DNA from: Camelus dromedarius
Taxonomy: Eukaryota
DNA: 64,000 bases
Direction: 5' to 3'
Assembly: GCF_036321535.1 (NCBI RefSeq)
Contig: NC_087437.1
Location: 96,846,001-96,910,000, forward strand
In this document: in pieces, positions 50,567 to 64,000 of the stretch
Position numbering within the stretch: position 1 is the stretch's first letter
How the letters are laid out: every line of letters begins with the position of its first letter
Translations under genes and position numbers: made by a program
The notes under the pieces: generated by a model
What the model was told of the DNA's origin: nothing
Seen by the model: only the letters and a program-made list of their open reading frames with translations
Database searches by the model: none

Positions 50567-52879
50567 ATTTCCTGCAATATTTTTGGAATCATGTAAGCAG
50601 TAATACTAGAGACAATAATGATTTGTTTGAGTTTTGGTATTTTATAATTTCTTCTTATATTTATAGAGGATTTATCATACACCAGGCATGGTCCCAAATA
50701 CTTCACATGTATTAACTCCAAAATCCCTCATAATAACTTTTTAAAGTAGATAAAAAATATTTTTAAAATATTTTAAGGACTTAAGTTTAAAAACTTCATT
50801 TTAAAAGTCAGTACTGCTTTTCTATGAGCAAAGTGATTGGTAAGATTTAAAAATTGTTTTCTACTTTAGAACTGAGTTTTACTTTGTAAATTGAAACAAT
50901 AGCTACTGTCTGAGAGGGAATTAATTTGACCTCTTTGAAATGCTAATTGAATTCTTATCTACAAACCCAATATTTGCATTGTTGAGCTATGTAAAGGAAA
51001 TATAAAATCCGTAGACCCGATGGAATGATAAAAGACATTTGTTTAATAAAATCATTAAAAAGAAACAGTCACTTTTATTCTGGATGTATGTTTTGTCCCA
51101 AGTGTAAGAACAAAGCAAAGTAATACTAATAGATGGAAAACCCATTACACTTAACTATACAGTAATGTTTGTTATTTGGGTTGTGTTGACAATACACAGA
51201 GGAACATTTCCCAAATTTTAAAAATTATAGGAATTATGTTAATATCACTACACTTTCAAGTAAACAATGTAATAGTTTCAGTGATTTCTGTGAGCTTAAG
51301 AACTTAACATTTTCAGCAGTTTCCAGGTGTTCATTCTTGTAAGTTAAACATCATTTATTCTTACATATTCCTATCAACATATTCTGTTATAATTTTAATT
51401 TTAAAAAATTGCTAGTTGGTAGGAAATTTTCCGGCATAACTTCCAATAGAGCTGATTGGTGGTAATGATTCATAATGAAACAGATATACAATAATCCATA
51501 TTACACTTCATATTGTAAACAGTAGCTGCATAGTTACTTCAATCCACCTCAAGAAACCCTACTTTCAAAGTGTGTTAGTGCAGGGAATTTTGTCTAATTC
51601 CCATTGGAATTTCCTGATATAAACTAGTTCAGATCAAGCAATTATGATCATTTGTGCAATTCATTTGGCTATAGCTAAAGTTTTCCATTTTTAGATTTTT
51701 AAAGGAAAACTGAATAGATATCAACATTATTTGTCCTCTTTATTATGACCTATTATATGACCATAAATTACATATCATCATAAGAATATCAGATTATGTG
51801 TTATATTTTATTTAATTCAACTTTTAAGAAAAGAAGAGTAGGTTTTCAGTACTGAATATGTAATGGAGTTTCATGTACATAAGAGGACATTTTTTCATAT
51901 TAAAACTAGTATCATGCCAGAAAAAGTTTTATAAATAAATCCTGTCTTATGTTAAGAAATATGCAGATTCATCTGTGTGGAAATGAAAGAAAGAGTAGGC
52001 TATCGAGAATGCTAGAGGTGTTGATTTAGATGGAATATAATTGTACTTGAAATTCTGATGCCTAAAATCACTGTGAACCAAAATAATGTGTACATGAAAC
52101 AAATCAATCAACAGCCCTTCTCTAATAACTGACATGTTAGCAGGACAATATTGAACCAGGATTGAACTCAAGTCAGGCTGTCAGTCATGATTTACCTGGT
52201 GGAACATTTTGTTTGAATGAAAGTGAGTTATGCTTTTGATTAAAACATACAGAAAAATAGAGTCATCAGACAGACAGAATAGAGATTGACTTGTTTAAAA
52301 ACTTCTATTGAACCAAAGCAGTATTTATCCCCATTTCCCCAATGTAGGCTCACACAATACAGGTCCCAGTGGAAACTACATTATAATAATAATAACAGTG
52401 TTGGTTATTGCTCTGAATATACTTTAAGCTGCAAAAACAAAACAAAACAAAATACATTAGATTATTTCCTTTTTCTGTTTTTAGGTATACTAGATACTTG
52501 TTCATAAAAATGGTCAATTAATTAATATATGTTAACATTTTCTGTACTACAGAACTTGATCCGCTAGCCTAGAAGTTAAACAGACTCCAAATCCCAATAA
52601 AAGGCTCTCCAATGAAAGACTGCCATGTTTTCTCTTGATAGTTTTTCACAGATCATGATAATTCTCTCCATTCCCCTCCTGAGGTTATACATTTTCAGTG
52701 ACATCTCAGGGGCTGGGGATGAAGAAGAGGTTGCCAGAGGGTGTTACACTTGCATCGCATCACTGGAATCAAGAAGTACAACATCCAGAGAAAGCCTAGT
52801 AGCATAAAGGAAGATTCAGCTCAGCAAGACAGTATTTGTCTAGAAGAAGTTATTCAAAGGAACAACAGATTCCTTCGTG

Positions 52880-53157
52880 GCCCAATTTACCTAACCCCTG
52901 CTTCCTTCTTCCCTTGGCTAAAACTCTCACTCATTCTTCAGATCTCAAGTTTTTACCATTTGGACAGAAATATCCTCTATGACTCCCTGACTAGGTTAAA
53001 TGCCTTGTTGTACATTCACAGAACTCTTCTCTTCTCCTTTGTATAACTGACTGTTACTTGTTTATCTGTGGAGTTGTGTTTATCTAAGTCTACCCTACAA
53101 ATCTCTATTTGCCTATATCAGGCACTTTGAAATATCAGTTAAAAGAATGAATGAATA
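52880..53157 (+). mobile_element. L2 3' end
   Basis: tcactcattcttcagatctcaag...ccctgactaggttaaatgcc...gaatgaatgaat tail. Confidence 0.65.
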
Positions 53158-55919
53158 ACTGAGATCAGTGAAAAACCGTTATGTATTATCCTGGGCTTTG
53201 AGAGAGAGTTTGAGGCTGATGAGTCAATACTGGACCATCTTTCTCTATCACTTCTTAACAAGTGTTCTTCCTCTGGTTTGGAGTCACATCTCTCAGCTTG
53301 TTTTAGCATAAAGAAGACAATTACTCCAATGATGCCTTGAGAAAAACAAACATCCTTAAGTTTATGGTACACACTCTACAACGCCACAAATAATTTTTAC
53401 CAGCTTAATGAATGGACCAAATAGCAGCCATTTGAATCTTCGGTTCATTCCTTGTTTATGTGCTTAGGGACTCCAAGTGTTGACAATAGCTCCGAATTAT
53501 TTTTAATAGGCTACTGGTTGACATTAGAACAAACCACGCACACTTGAGCATGACAAATATACCAGAAGTATTGCTAATATTATAACTATCTCATATATGA
53601 GACTGACCTTGCACTTAAAAACAATAGCAAAGCAATTGTAGTCACTTTTAAATTCGCAATCACATACTCGGCTCTCTCTATGATTCCACTTATTTGCAGA
53701 GCACTTCCTAATAAGGATTCTGTCCTCAATCTATTGAATACTGCAAGACACTAAAATGTGTCATGTAAATTTGCTCTCAACATCAAGTAGAATTGGAACG
53801 AATGTGTTTTTATAAACATGTTACATCATATTACATTCTTCTTTAGAGTGCCACTGATAAAATTCCCAGTCTACTTTTGATCTTCACATACCAGTGTCTT
53901 GTCACTATATTAGGGACTGTGTTTTCAATTACTCAGCTCTTGCACAAATCTTTCCCTTTTCTCTTCTCATTCTTTGTCTGAGTAACAGAGGATAACACAC
54001 AATAGGTAGTTTAAAATCTCCTCTGGTGTTATCCAGAGACAGTTAGTCAGATAGCTTTCTAAGGGAAACCCCTGGCCCAAACATAAAAACATGCTTAAAT
54101 ATTTTGCAAGGGACTTTGTAGAGATGGAAATAAATGAGAAAACTGCAAGTTGTTGAATTCGCTCCCCTAACGTGTCTTTGCTGTCATACAAGCAGAATGC
54201 AATTCAAAACTGAACGCCACTTTGGAAGTCTACTTTCCTCAAGAAAAGTGCAGCCTTGAGAAGAAAGTAATTACTAAATATGAGTGAGGAAAGGGAACAA
54301 TGGGCCAAAACCTAAACAAATCATTATAGTTGTTATCAGAGGGTTTCAGAGTCAAGAAGAGGAAGAAAATGGTATGTAAATGTTTGACATTTTAATATTA
54401 CACCCTCATTAGCTCTTTTCTAAACTCTGAAATTTAACTTCTGAGGAGACAAGCCATCACTAGCCTTTACAGAACAATTCTGTTTAAAATAGAAAAAGAA
54501 CAAAAGGAGGAGAAGAAAAAGAAGAAAAAATAAGTGAAAGAAGAAGAATAAAGTATTGTGCGACTACAGTTTTAGAAATTTATAGAAAATGGCTGAAAAC
54601 AATATTTATCATTTGAGACTATCTTGAATCATCTCTAATATTTTAAAGAAAAGTTGTAAGTTTCTCATTCTTGATTTATTGACACTTTTTAAAGACAATT
54701 GCAATTGACTAGGGAGAGGTTGCAAACATTTAAATATTTGTGGAAATTTAAGTTTAAAATAGTTCTTTATAATGAGTTCAATGAATCTCTACCATAATTT
54801 ACATAAATCTCACAGAGATAAGTGTTGATGACTCTCAAAAAGTATCTCCTAGGGAAGAGGTGATATTTACCATCTTGTTCTTTGTTGAATGTTAAAATAT
54901 TTGATAGTAAAAAAAAAATCCTACTGAATCCTTTATAAAAAATTAGATAGTGATTTTTTTAGACAAAAGTTCTTCAGCATAAAATATTATTGTCAGGCAA
55001 TAGGGTAGCTTGGCTACCCTATCAAGTGAGAAGAATCCAATACGCAGCCTATTTATCTGTTCCTAATAACAGACCCACTAGACAGTTCTGCCTTGTAAAT
55101 CTTAAGTGAAGAGAAAGCATGGCCTTAAACTCTTCAAGTGCAGGCATTCTGTGTTGTCTCTGACTCCAACACTAGCAAACTCTCTGCAAATTAAGGTTTT
55201 TGTTTTACACTGTTGCTTAGTGACCTGGTTCAGAAAATAGTAAACTCCTTTATTACAAAGTTCTTACATTTTCCAGAAAAAATTTTCCCCCATGTTCCTT
55301 CTATCCATTATCCCTTTTGGCAAAATGTGAAATTGTGAGACTAGGTACCAAGTGAAATATGTAACGTTCCTTCTTATTTCTTGAATTACACGGTTTTCAG
55401 ACCCAACTTTTAGTGGAGACTTTATTCTAAAACATATGAAGACATTCTAAGTGCATGTTTTGCACAATAAATATTTAATTGATTGATGAGAAAAATGGTT
55501 TTTTATATATTCTATTGTTCCAACTAATTTAATTGAAAGAATATATTAATTTTGTCCAAAACAAGTTTAGCTGCTTCCTATTAATCAGAGAGGTTCATCC
55601 TAACTCATTACAAAAATGGATGCTTCCAATACAATGAATATACTGACATGCACTACATTTACTCTTCATGGTGACAGTTGCCAAGGTATTTCTTCTTTTT
55701 GGGTGGTAGAGACAAAAAAGGAGTGGAGAGGAGGGAAGGCATACATCCTTCAAACTCCTAGTTTCATTCAAGCCTTCTCTTCCACTTACTTCTATTACAT
55801 TTTCTCTGCATCATCTCTGGACACAAACAGAATTCATAACTCACTCCATCACCATGGTCATCTAGCCTTGCCCAGGGTTGGAGCAGAAAGAAACATTTTA
55901 TTTAAATCAATTTATATTT

Positions 55920-56260
55920 TTATCAGCATTGCATGATAATGCTTGTTTTCTCATATACTAACTGGACTAATACTTTGTTTTTAATTTTCCAATGTAGTTT
56001 GGATAGGCATAATCTCATTTTATGTTTATTTTTCTGATTACTAATGAGAGTGAATATTATTTTGTTTACCAAGCATTTGTATTTATGTTGGAAATAGCTT
56101 TATATTTTGCCCACATTTCTGTTGATGTGGTCGTTTAAAAATAATTGATTGGAGGGATTAATATATTATGCTTTTGTAGCATAACACATAAATACATTTA
56201 TTTGTAGGTAAATACATAATATATTTATCTTTTAAATGTTTATGTTATATTTCACTGTTC
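55920..56260 (-). mobile_element. Old L1M ORF2 fragment
   Basis: atctcattt...tttttctgattactaatgagagtgaata...tattttgcccacatttct. Confidence 0.6.
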
Positions 56261-57797
56261 TTAAATCAGTAGCAGATTTTTCATGAAAAACACAGTATTT
56301 TCCTTAATTTTCATCTTTAAATATATCTTACATACAGAATGACAAAAATAGGGACCCATATATATAATGGTGAATTTCTTCTGAGAGTTATCAGATCAGC
56401 CAAAATGAACATAGATAATGGGCTAGTCTATTATAGCATTAGGTAGGGAATTATTTAAATATTTACATGCTTTTTTCTTACCACATTAATTCTACAAGTC
56501 TGGAGATAGTCACCTTACAACATCACTTAACACGAACAAACTAATTATAAACTAAAGCATCATTTGTCACTATCCAGCATTTTAAAGTTTTCTTAAAGCC
56601 AAAAGATAACATTTTAACAATGTAGGAAATTATTCTTGCTTGTAAATAAACTTATTTTTAAATAAAGCTTTGAAAATGTTGTGACAAAAAAGGATGGACA
56701 AAACAATTATATAAAAATTATCTGATGATTACATTTAAGAGAACCAATATAACCTTGAAATATGTCCTAAGGTTTGTATTACCTACAGATTTCGTAAATT
56801 TTTGTGGCACTTTAAGTTTTTGGCTACAGATCAATCAAGGTTAAAGTTTCAAAAAAATAATGTTATTTAAACATGGAAATATCTTAAAGTATAATTATTT
56901 TGGTCTTGCATATGTATTTGTACTTGGAGAGAGGAGCTGCAGGCACAATTTTCTTAATGAGCTATGACTATGCTTGAAAGAGTCTATATCCTATGCTAAT
57001 TCACATTTCCTGATAAAAATTGGTTTAATATTTTCCAAGTTTTAAAGTTTGCCAAGTAAGAATGCCAATACAAACAATGAGATGTATTCACTTATTTCTT
57101 CTCTTTGAGGAGTTTCCTAAGCAAGTGTTTTTTTGATTTGTGTAGTATATATTTGCAGAAAAAACACATTTCTATGCTAGGACACTTTTTATTGTGGGGG
57201 AAATTATACTTAATTGGATTTCTGATCATTATTATGCCACTAATAATACATATAAGAGAATTTCTTCTTTTATTAATTTTGTTCTACATGTTTTACAGTT
57301 ACATTCTTATGTTTGAAAAGTGCTGACTGGATACCTATTGATATTTTATGAATATATTTCAGAAAGCTCTACTGTCTTATTTTAATTATAAATATCTTCA
57401 TTTTAGAACTCATACTTTGTTTCCATAGGCAGTTGAATATTTTCTGAGGAAAGAAAAAAACCTGCCACATCATGAACAATTGATTCTCCCATATATAAAG
57501 GTAGAAAAAGACTATAGATGGTTCTTTCCTGTGAGCCTTTTATTTTTTAACTTCAAGTTTTCCTTTTTAAAATTCAGAACAAAGCCTTCTTCACTCGAAT
57601 CCCCCCAAATCTTTCCTCTTCAGATCTGGAATCTCTGATAATGTAGGGCTGAAATGCTCAAATACCCAAGATATTTGAGCATAAAATGACTTACTGCAAA
57701 CATTACTTCTTTAAAAGATCCTCCTCCTTTATAATCCATATAATTTTAAATTTTAGTTTATCATATAGTTATTTGCTTCTATATAGTAAATAATGTT

Positions 57798-59110
57798 GTA
57801 GACCTGAAACCATAAGACTCTTAGACAAAAACACAAGCAGTACACTCCTTGACATCAGCCTTGGTAGTGATTTTTTTTTTTGGTTCCAAAATCAAAAGCA
57901 AAGACAACAAAAGCAAAAATAGACAAGTGCAACTATCTCAAACTAAGAAAAACTTCTGTACAGCAAAGGAAACTAACAACAAAATGAAAAGGTAACTTAC
58001 TGAATGAGAGAAAATAATGCAGATCATACGTGTGATGAATTAATACCCCAAATATATAAAGAACTCATAAAACTCAATAGGAAAAAACAAATGATCTGAT
58101 TAAAAATGAGCAGATGGTCTAAATAGACATTTTTCCAAAGAAGAACATAGATGGCCAACAGCGACATGATAAGAAGGTCCACATGACTAATTGTCAGGGA
58201 AATGCAAATCCAAACCTCAATGAAATATCACTTCACACCTGCTAGAATGGCTATTATCAAAAGACAAGAAATAACAAATGTTGGCAAGGATGGGAAGAAA
58301 AAAGGAACCCTCACGTACTGTTGAGTGTGGATGTAAATTGGCATGGCCACTATGGAAAACAGTATGGAAGTTCTTCAAAAAATTAAAAGTAGAACAACAA
58401 TATGCCCAGCAATCCCACTTCTGGGTATTTATCTGAAGTAAATGAAAACACTAACTCAAAAAGATATATGCACTTCATGTTACTGCAGCATAATTTACAA
58501 CAGCCAAGATATGGAAAAAATCTAAGTGTACACTGATGAATGAATGGATAAAGAAGATGTGTATACATATACACAATGGAATATTATTCAACCATTGTAA
58601 AGAATGAAATATTTCCATTTATGACAAAAGGAATGGACACTGAGGACATCACACTAAGTGAAATAAGTTAGACAGAGAAGAACAAATACCATGTCCTTTC
58701 CCTTATGTGTGGTATTTAAAAAATAAAAAATAAACAACAACAACAAGCAAGTTTATAGATAGAGAGAACAGATTGATTGTTGCTGATGGGGAGTGGGCAA
58801 AATGGGTGAAGGGGGTCAAAAGGTACAAACTCAGTTATAAAACACATAAATTGTGGAGTTATAATGTATAGCTTGGTGACTATAACTAACAATATAAATT
58901 GTATATTTGAAAGTTGCTGAGAGAGTAGATCTTAAAAGTTCTCATCATAAGAAAACAAAAATTTTCTAATCATGTGTGTTGATGGATGTTAACTAGACTT
59001 ACTGTGATTATTTTGAAATATACATAAATATCAAATATACATAAGTATCAAACTATTATGTTGTACACCTGTAACTAATATAATGTTATATATAAATTTT
59101 ACCTCAGTTA
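57798..59110 (+). mobile_element. 5'-truncated L1 (L1MA9-like): decayed ORF2 C-terminus and 3' UTR
   Basis: cttctgtacagcaaaggaaac...aaatgcaaatc...ccagcaatcccacttctgggtatttatc...aaagttgctgagagagtagatcttaaaagttctcatca...gttgtacacctg. Confidence 0.92.
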
Positions 59111-61299
59111 AATACTGTGTAGGTAAAATCTACAATAAAAATATTGTTTTAAATTACTTAACATAAAATAAATTGTACTGTTTAGGAAAAAAAGCCTTTG
59201 AATACTATCTGGATCCCTGAGCCCCTTCCCCCACAAAAATACAGCACAAGTAAGTATACAAAAAGCCAAGCAAGCAGTCTGGGGAACAGACACAGTGACA
59301 GAGTCCTGAAATTACAGCACAATCTTCCTCTTAATCCTTTCTTGATGTGACAAAGATTGATTTTTGGTTTTCTAGGTCTGACAAGCCTAAGGCCTGGAGC
59401 TGAAAGTGTCTACAGGGTGACAATTCACTCAAACTTGTAGATAAGGGCAAGTTGGTCACACAGAATCTAGATGAGATGTAACTTAAACAACATTTTCAAC
59501 ATGATGCTCCAATCCAAATCCAATGTTCCAGACATGCTCTGACAAGCAAAGAAAATAGCTGAAGGATTTCTTTCCAAGAGCAGTTTGATTTTATCTCAGC
59601 ATTCTAGAATCTCGTTGGTTTTAAGATCTTACACAAGCAATATTACTTTATTGTTGAGAAAATGGAGCAAGGATGAACAGAAAAGAAAAATTTATCTGTG
59701 ACTGTTCTGTCATTTTACCTACAATAAACAATACCATCATTTTTTCCAGGTTCTTATACTTGGAGAACCTGTGTGCTTACCAATAACTCCCTAAATCTCA
59801 GAAGCATCTGATCACAAATGCTGGACTCCTTTCATGAAACCACTGGATTCTGCTAGTCTAAAGAGTCTTTTTCCCAAACTTTGAATATTATAGAATTTAA
59901 GATAATGAAAAATCTTTGGGAAAAAATGTTGTCTACTTATTAGTCATGCAACACTATGAGTTTGTCCACCTCATCATGAAGTCCTTATTTAGTAATGAAA
60001 CGCTGATTAACACTGATTAACTGATAGATCACTGATTAAAACGGTTCATTAGGGAAGTAACTTGCATCTTATTAATAAACAACCAAATTACCTTCATCTC
60101 ACAAACTGTCATTACATAGTTTAGTCTTATAAAGAATTTCTGTCTTCTCCAAATTTTAATGCTTTATTTCTTATTATCTTTCTTAATTTCAGAATGCTAG
60201 CCTCTTGGTACACTTGTGAAATAAAATTTTAAAAGCTAAATTAGATTATTTTTGTCCTCAGGTGAATTTTTCACCATTCTTGGGTAAAGCTCCATAAAAC
60301 GTTGTACTTAAAAGCTACATGCTAAATATTCAAGTAAGTAATATTCAACAGTGTTTAGTCCCTTTAAATTGAGCCTGTGATTGGTATTCATTCCTCCTCT
60401 TTCTACCTCTGAAATATGGCTGTTGCCTGTGATTCATCTTAAACTGATTATCTTTCTTTCCTCTTGGAAATCTCAAATGATAAATGCTTTATTTCCACTC
60501 AATAACACCCCATTTCTTCCTCTAGTGCAGTAAGTAACTTTCTAAAATGTCTTCTGCTATTTCTATATTTTCATTATTTGTTATGTCTATTAGATATTAT
60601 TCTTTAGCCCCAAACTCAATATTGGAAAGTAACTGTGGTCCAAAAAGGGTCATCATAGGCTACAAATAATAAAAAAAAAATTGGGTTTGGGTCCTGAGTG
60701 TGCACTGATTATTTGTGTGACCTTCCTTATGGTCACTGAATACCTTATCTCTAAAAGAATGAACATTGTATATCCCTCTACTATCTAGTGTGACGTCATT
60801 TGATAACTAAAACTAGTCAACTTTTCCCCCACCCTTTTTGTTCTTCGTGTATCTTCAGTTTCTATAATTTATATCCTCATTCTTCCATTCACCCAAGATT
60901 TTGGAGTCATCTTAAAAAGTCTTGATATTTTGAACTGTAAATCCTGCCAATTAAAATGCATTGACAGTTTGCACTTTATTTTGATTCTTACATAATACTA
61001 TTCCTCAAATACATCTCTTCCTTCCTATTTCCAAAGTATTTGCCATGATCTAGATATTATCTTCCCACTGACATAATGTCAGAAACCATCCTGCCACTGG
61101 TCTCTATTTTCCCATTCCTTTTCTCTCCTTTCTTTAATTGAATTATTTTGTCCTATTTTTCTTAATTCTTCCTTTTATTCTCACTGTGTTTCAGAAAGAT
61201 CATAAAGTGATGTAAAAAGAACACCTCCTCTGCAAATTTAAAAAAAGCAGAAAGAACAATAATCAAAAGCAGAGTCATGAGAAGCAGTCACAAATGAGG

Positions 61300-61378
61300 T
61301 TTGAGATAATAAACAGACGTTGCTTTAAGCTGCTAAGTATGTGGTCATTTAATAAGCACCATGGGAAACTAACAAAGC
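61300..61378 (+). mobile_element. MaLR LTR 3' tip
   Basis: gagataataaac...gttgctttaagctgctaagtatgtggtcattt...aaactaaca. Confidence 0.55.
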
Positions 61379-61944
61379 ATTTCATCCATTCATTAACTCA
61401 TTGGAACAAATGTTTTACTTTCTGTAAACAAACTGTTCTTTAGTGGGGTTACAGTAGCTACTCTTACAAGGTAAAAACTGGGAGAGCAGGATCCCACTTG
61501 GGTAATGTGGCTGAGATTAGTCCTTTTTCCAAAACACAGCTGCCTCCCTGTACCATCACTTCCATATCAAAGTTTGTTCAACATACTCTTGTCACTAGTT
61601 TGTTCATTCACTAATTAGTAACAATATAATGACCATACATAGGCACTTTGGCTCTAACTTCTACACCCAGCCTCATTACTCCTTCCTTTCTAATACAAAT
61701 GTCTCCCATCATTGACACCTATTTACTGTTTTCTGCCCATACTAGTCTAATACCTAAATGCGAGCCACATCCCATTGTCCCTCTTAGACATACCTAATCA
61801 CTTTTATTAGAGTATTCTCCATTTTTTATAATTCTGGTAATTCTTTGAATTAGTTTAAAGCTTAGTAATCTTTTTCTACTATGAAGTCCTGACGATTTAT
61901 CACTTTCAAATATACCTTTTATATATTCATCTTTTTTATTGTTT

Positions 61945-62270
61945 ATCTTCTTGTAAGGCTCATAAAGAGAGGGATGGTTATGTTTAATTCACTAGTGGAT
62001 CCCTAGCACTCAGAATGGTGCCTGGCACAGAGGAGGCGCTCAAAAAATATTTGCTAAATAAATTTGTAGCACTTATTGTTAGTATCACTTTAGTGTTGAG
62101 CTTATAAAGTCAAAACTAATCTTATGTTAGCTCACTGTCATTTAATTTTGGGTATGCATATTATATCCTCACCTGGACTGAGGACTAGGAACCAGTGCTA
62201 ACTGCAGAGCATCCCCAGAATAAGGCCAGTGCAGCATAAGTAACACAACAAAAATCTTTGGATTGAATAG
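61945..62270 (+). mobile_element. Two L2 3' terminal fragments
   Basis: atccctagcactcagaatggtgcctggcacagaggaggcgctcaaaaaatatttgctaaataaa, plus a second weaker copy at ~62170-62270. Confidence 0.7.
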
Positions 62271-63639
62271 AAAGAAAAAGTTGGACATTGTATTTTTGTG
62301 TTGTAACTGTAGGTAGTGTTATACAGCATATCCTTCAAAGTTTCATTCAAATAAATTATATTTCTAATGATTCAGTTTATAATTTTGAATATAGTTCTAT
62401 GCATTTTATCGATATTCTAGGGACAGTATCTTTTAACATTTTCACTTTGGTAGTTTAACCACATAGATATTTTTTGTTAAGGTAATTTAATAATCTGCAA
62501 AATCATAATTAAATCTTTTAGGCATTAATTGTCCTAATTTTTTGTGATGAATAATTTTGTAATAAATGTGTTTTTAGTGATCAGAACCTCACTATCACTT
62601 ATCTGCCCCATTATTTAGATATTTTTCATATATTCAATTATTTTAAATTAGGCAGCACCTCTTCAGAATACATATAATTGGTGCTCCTTCATTATGTTAT
62701 TTTAAAGGTATCAGAGTTTTTTTTAAAACTTCATGAACAGTTTACAAGACTGAAAATACACTACCTGTTTGTTATTAACATTCTTCATTGTGATGTTATT
62801 TAAAGAAGATAAACACACACAGAACTCACTCTACTTCTGTAATAAATTATTACTAGGAGTTAAATAAATAGTTAAAACCCAAAAGATGATGAAGAAATTT
62901 TCAATTTTTAATTAGTTAATAGATTTCAAAGTAGGTGGCAAATAAAACCCATAAGTAGGTGTTCTTATCAATGAACGTATCTGTAGGGAGTCGTCCATAT
63001 CATGGTCTGTCAATAAATGAAGAGGGCCGAAAATGTTCATTAAGCGGAAAGCAGAAATTCTTAAAAGGATGCTTCTATAGGTTATTTTCAGGGATGAACA
63101 CAATAGGAAATAAAAATACTGAAACTGAGAACTCATTTGTTGCAGGAACCTCATTGCAGCTTCAATTACAAGCAAAAATCTGCAAGTTCAGTTTGATGTA
63201 AGAGATTCCATTCCTGGCATCTTGAAGGGGGAAAAATAATTTAATAAATAGCCACTTGCAAATAACTCAGATGTATCATTCTATCATAAATCTGAATGAT
63301 AACATGTACAACTATTTCACATATACCATACACAAGACTAACATTGTAAATTGCAATAATTAAGATAAATCAGTGTAATTCCTTTGTAACCAGAAGTTTA
63401 AAAGCTTTCTTCCCCAATTTTTAATGTAGAGAGATATAGCATCACTATATTGATTCGAATTTCTCATATTTCATTATAAAAGCTCATCCACAAATCATAA
63501 GCTCAGTAAGCATTCAACTCTAAGTGTACTGGACAGCTGAAAATTTGAGTCTGAAGTGTGATACCGATACAAGAGAGCTAATAATATGTTTTCCCATCAT
63601 ATGCACAAATCACACATTTATTGCCTGAAGTAGGTAGGG

Positions 63640-63885
63640 CATAATAAAATATATACATGTATATATATATTTATATATATAATATAATATATATAATATA
63701 TATATAATATTATATATATATAATATATATATATATATTATATATATGTATAAATATACTAATACATAAAATATATAATGTAGGTACACCAAATTTTATA
63801 TAACGTTTTATATATAAATTTATATATAAAATTTATATATGTACACAATTTACATATAGATGAAAAATTTCGTACATATATATGG
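63640..63885. repeat. (TA)n-rich low-complexity tract
   Basis: Long imperfect TA run; ORF 63610-63792(-) is its Y/I-rich translation artefact. Confidence 0.95.
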
Positions 63886-64000
63886 CAACCTGGAGAAGTA
63901 AGTCGCTTATCTTTTGGGTACCAGATGCGGTACCTTTAACCATAACTTCCTTTATGGTAGACTAAAGCTCTTCTAATGTAGCACTAAATGCTGTTGGGAA

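Noticed and set aside
52625..53046. Exon-like peptide DISGAGDEEEVARG after a ttttcag acceptor
   Set aside because: No credible donor site, the peptide is unrecognised, and the downstream ORF runs into an L2.
55000..55022. Perfect hairpin atagggtagc-ttg-gctaccctat
   Set aside because: A 10-bp stem is too short for a pre-miRNA, and about one such hairpin is expected by chance.
60791..60798. Perfect CRE TGACGTCA
   Set aside because: An isolated 8-mer at the edge of a MIR-like relic with no promoter context.
1..64000. Novel multi-gene system, CRISPR array, operon or viral coding cassette
   Set aside because: No long ORFs (maximum 120 aa), no repeat-spacer array and no gag/pol/env remnants seen; the composition and repeats are those of ordinary mammalian non-coding DNA.

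Overview
AT-rich, CpG-depleted placental-mammal DNA from a gene desert or large intron. I found no recognisable protein-coding exon, RNA gene, CpG island, or prokaryotic/CRISPR-type system. The ORF track is either chance ORFs or decayed LINE-1 ORF2. The window is a patchwork of old eutherian repeats (MIR, L2, CR1/L3, L1M, MaLR/ERVL/ERV1 LTRs, hAT and Tigger MITEs) plus a younger L1 family. That family's 3' UTR resembles cetartiodactyl L1s, probably camelid (inference from memory of the family, not a search). The best-supported points of interest are: a two-LTR MLT1A-like provirus carrying two nested insertions with readable target-site duplications (TSDs); an intact ERV1-type solo LTR rich in ETS cores; a still-legible CR1/L3 reverse-transcriptase relic; a possible twin-primed L1 fragment; and several repeat-free, motif-dense blocks that may be conserved enhancers. 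I cannot support a novel biological system here. Subfamily names are recalled from consensus sequences, and boundaries without a TSD are approximate.
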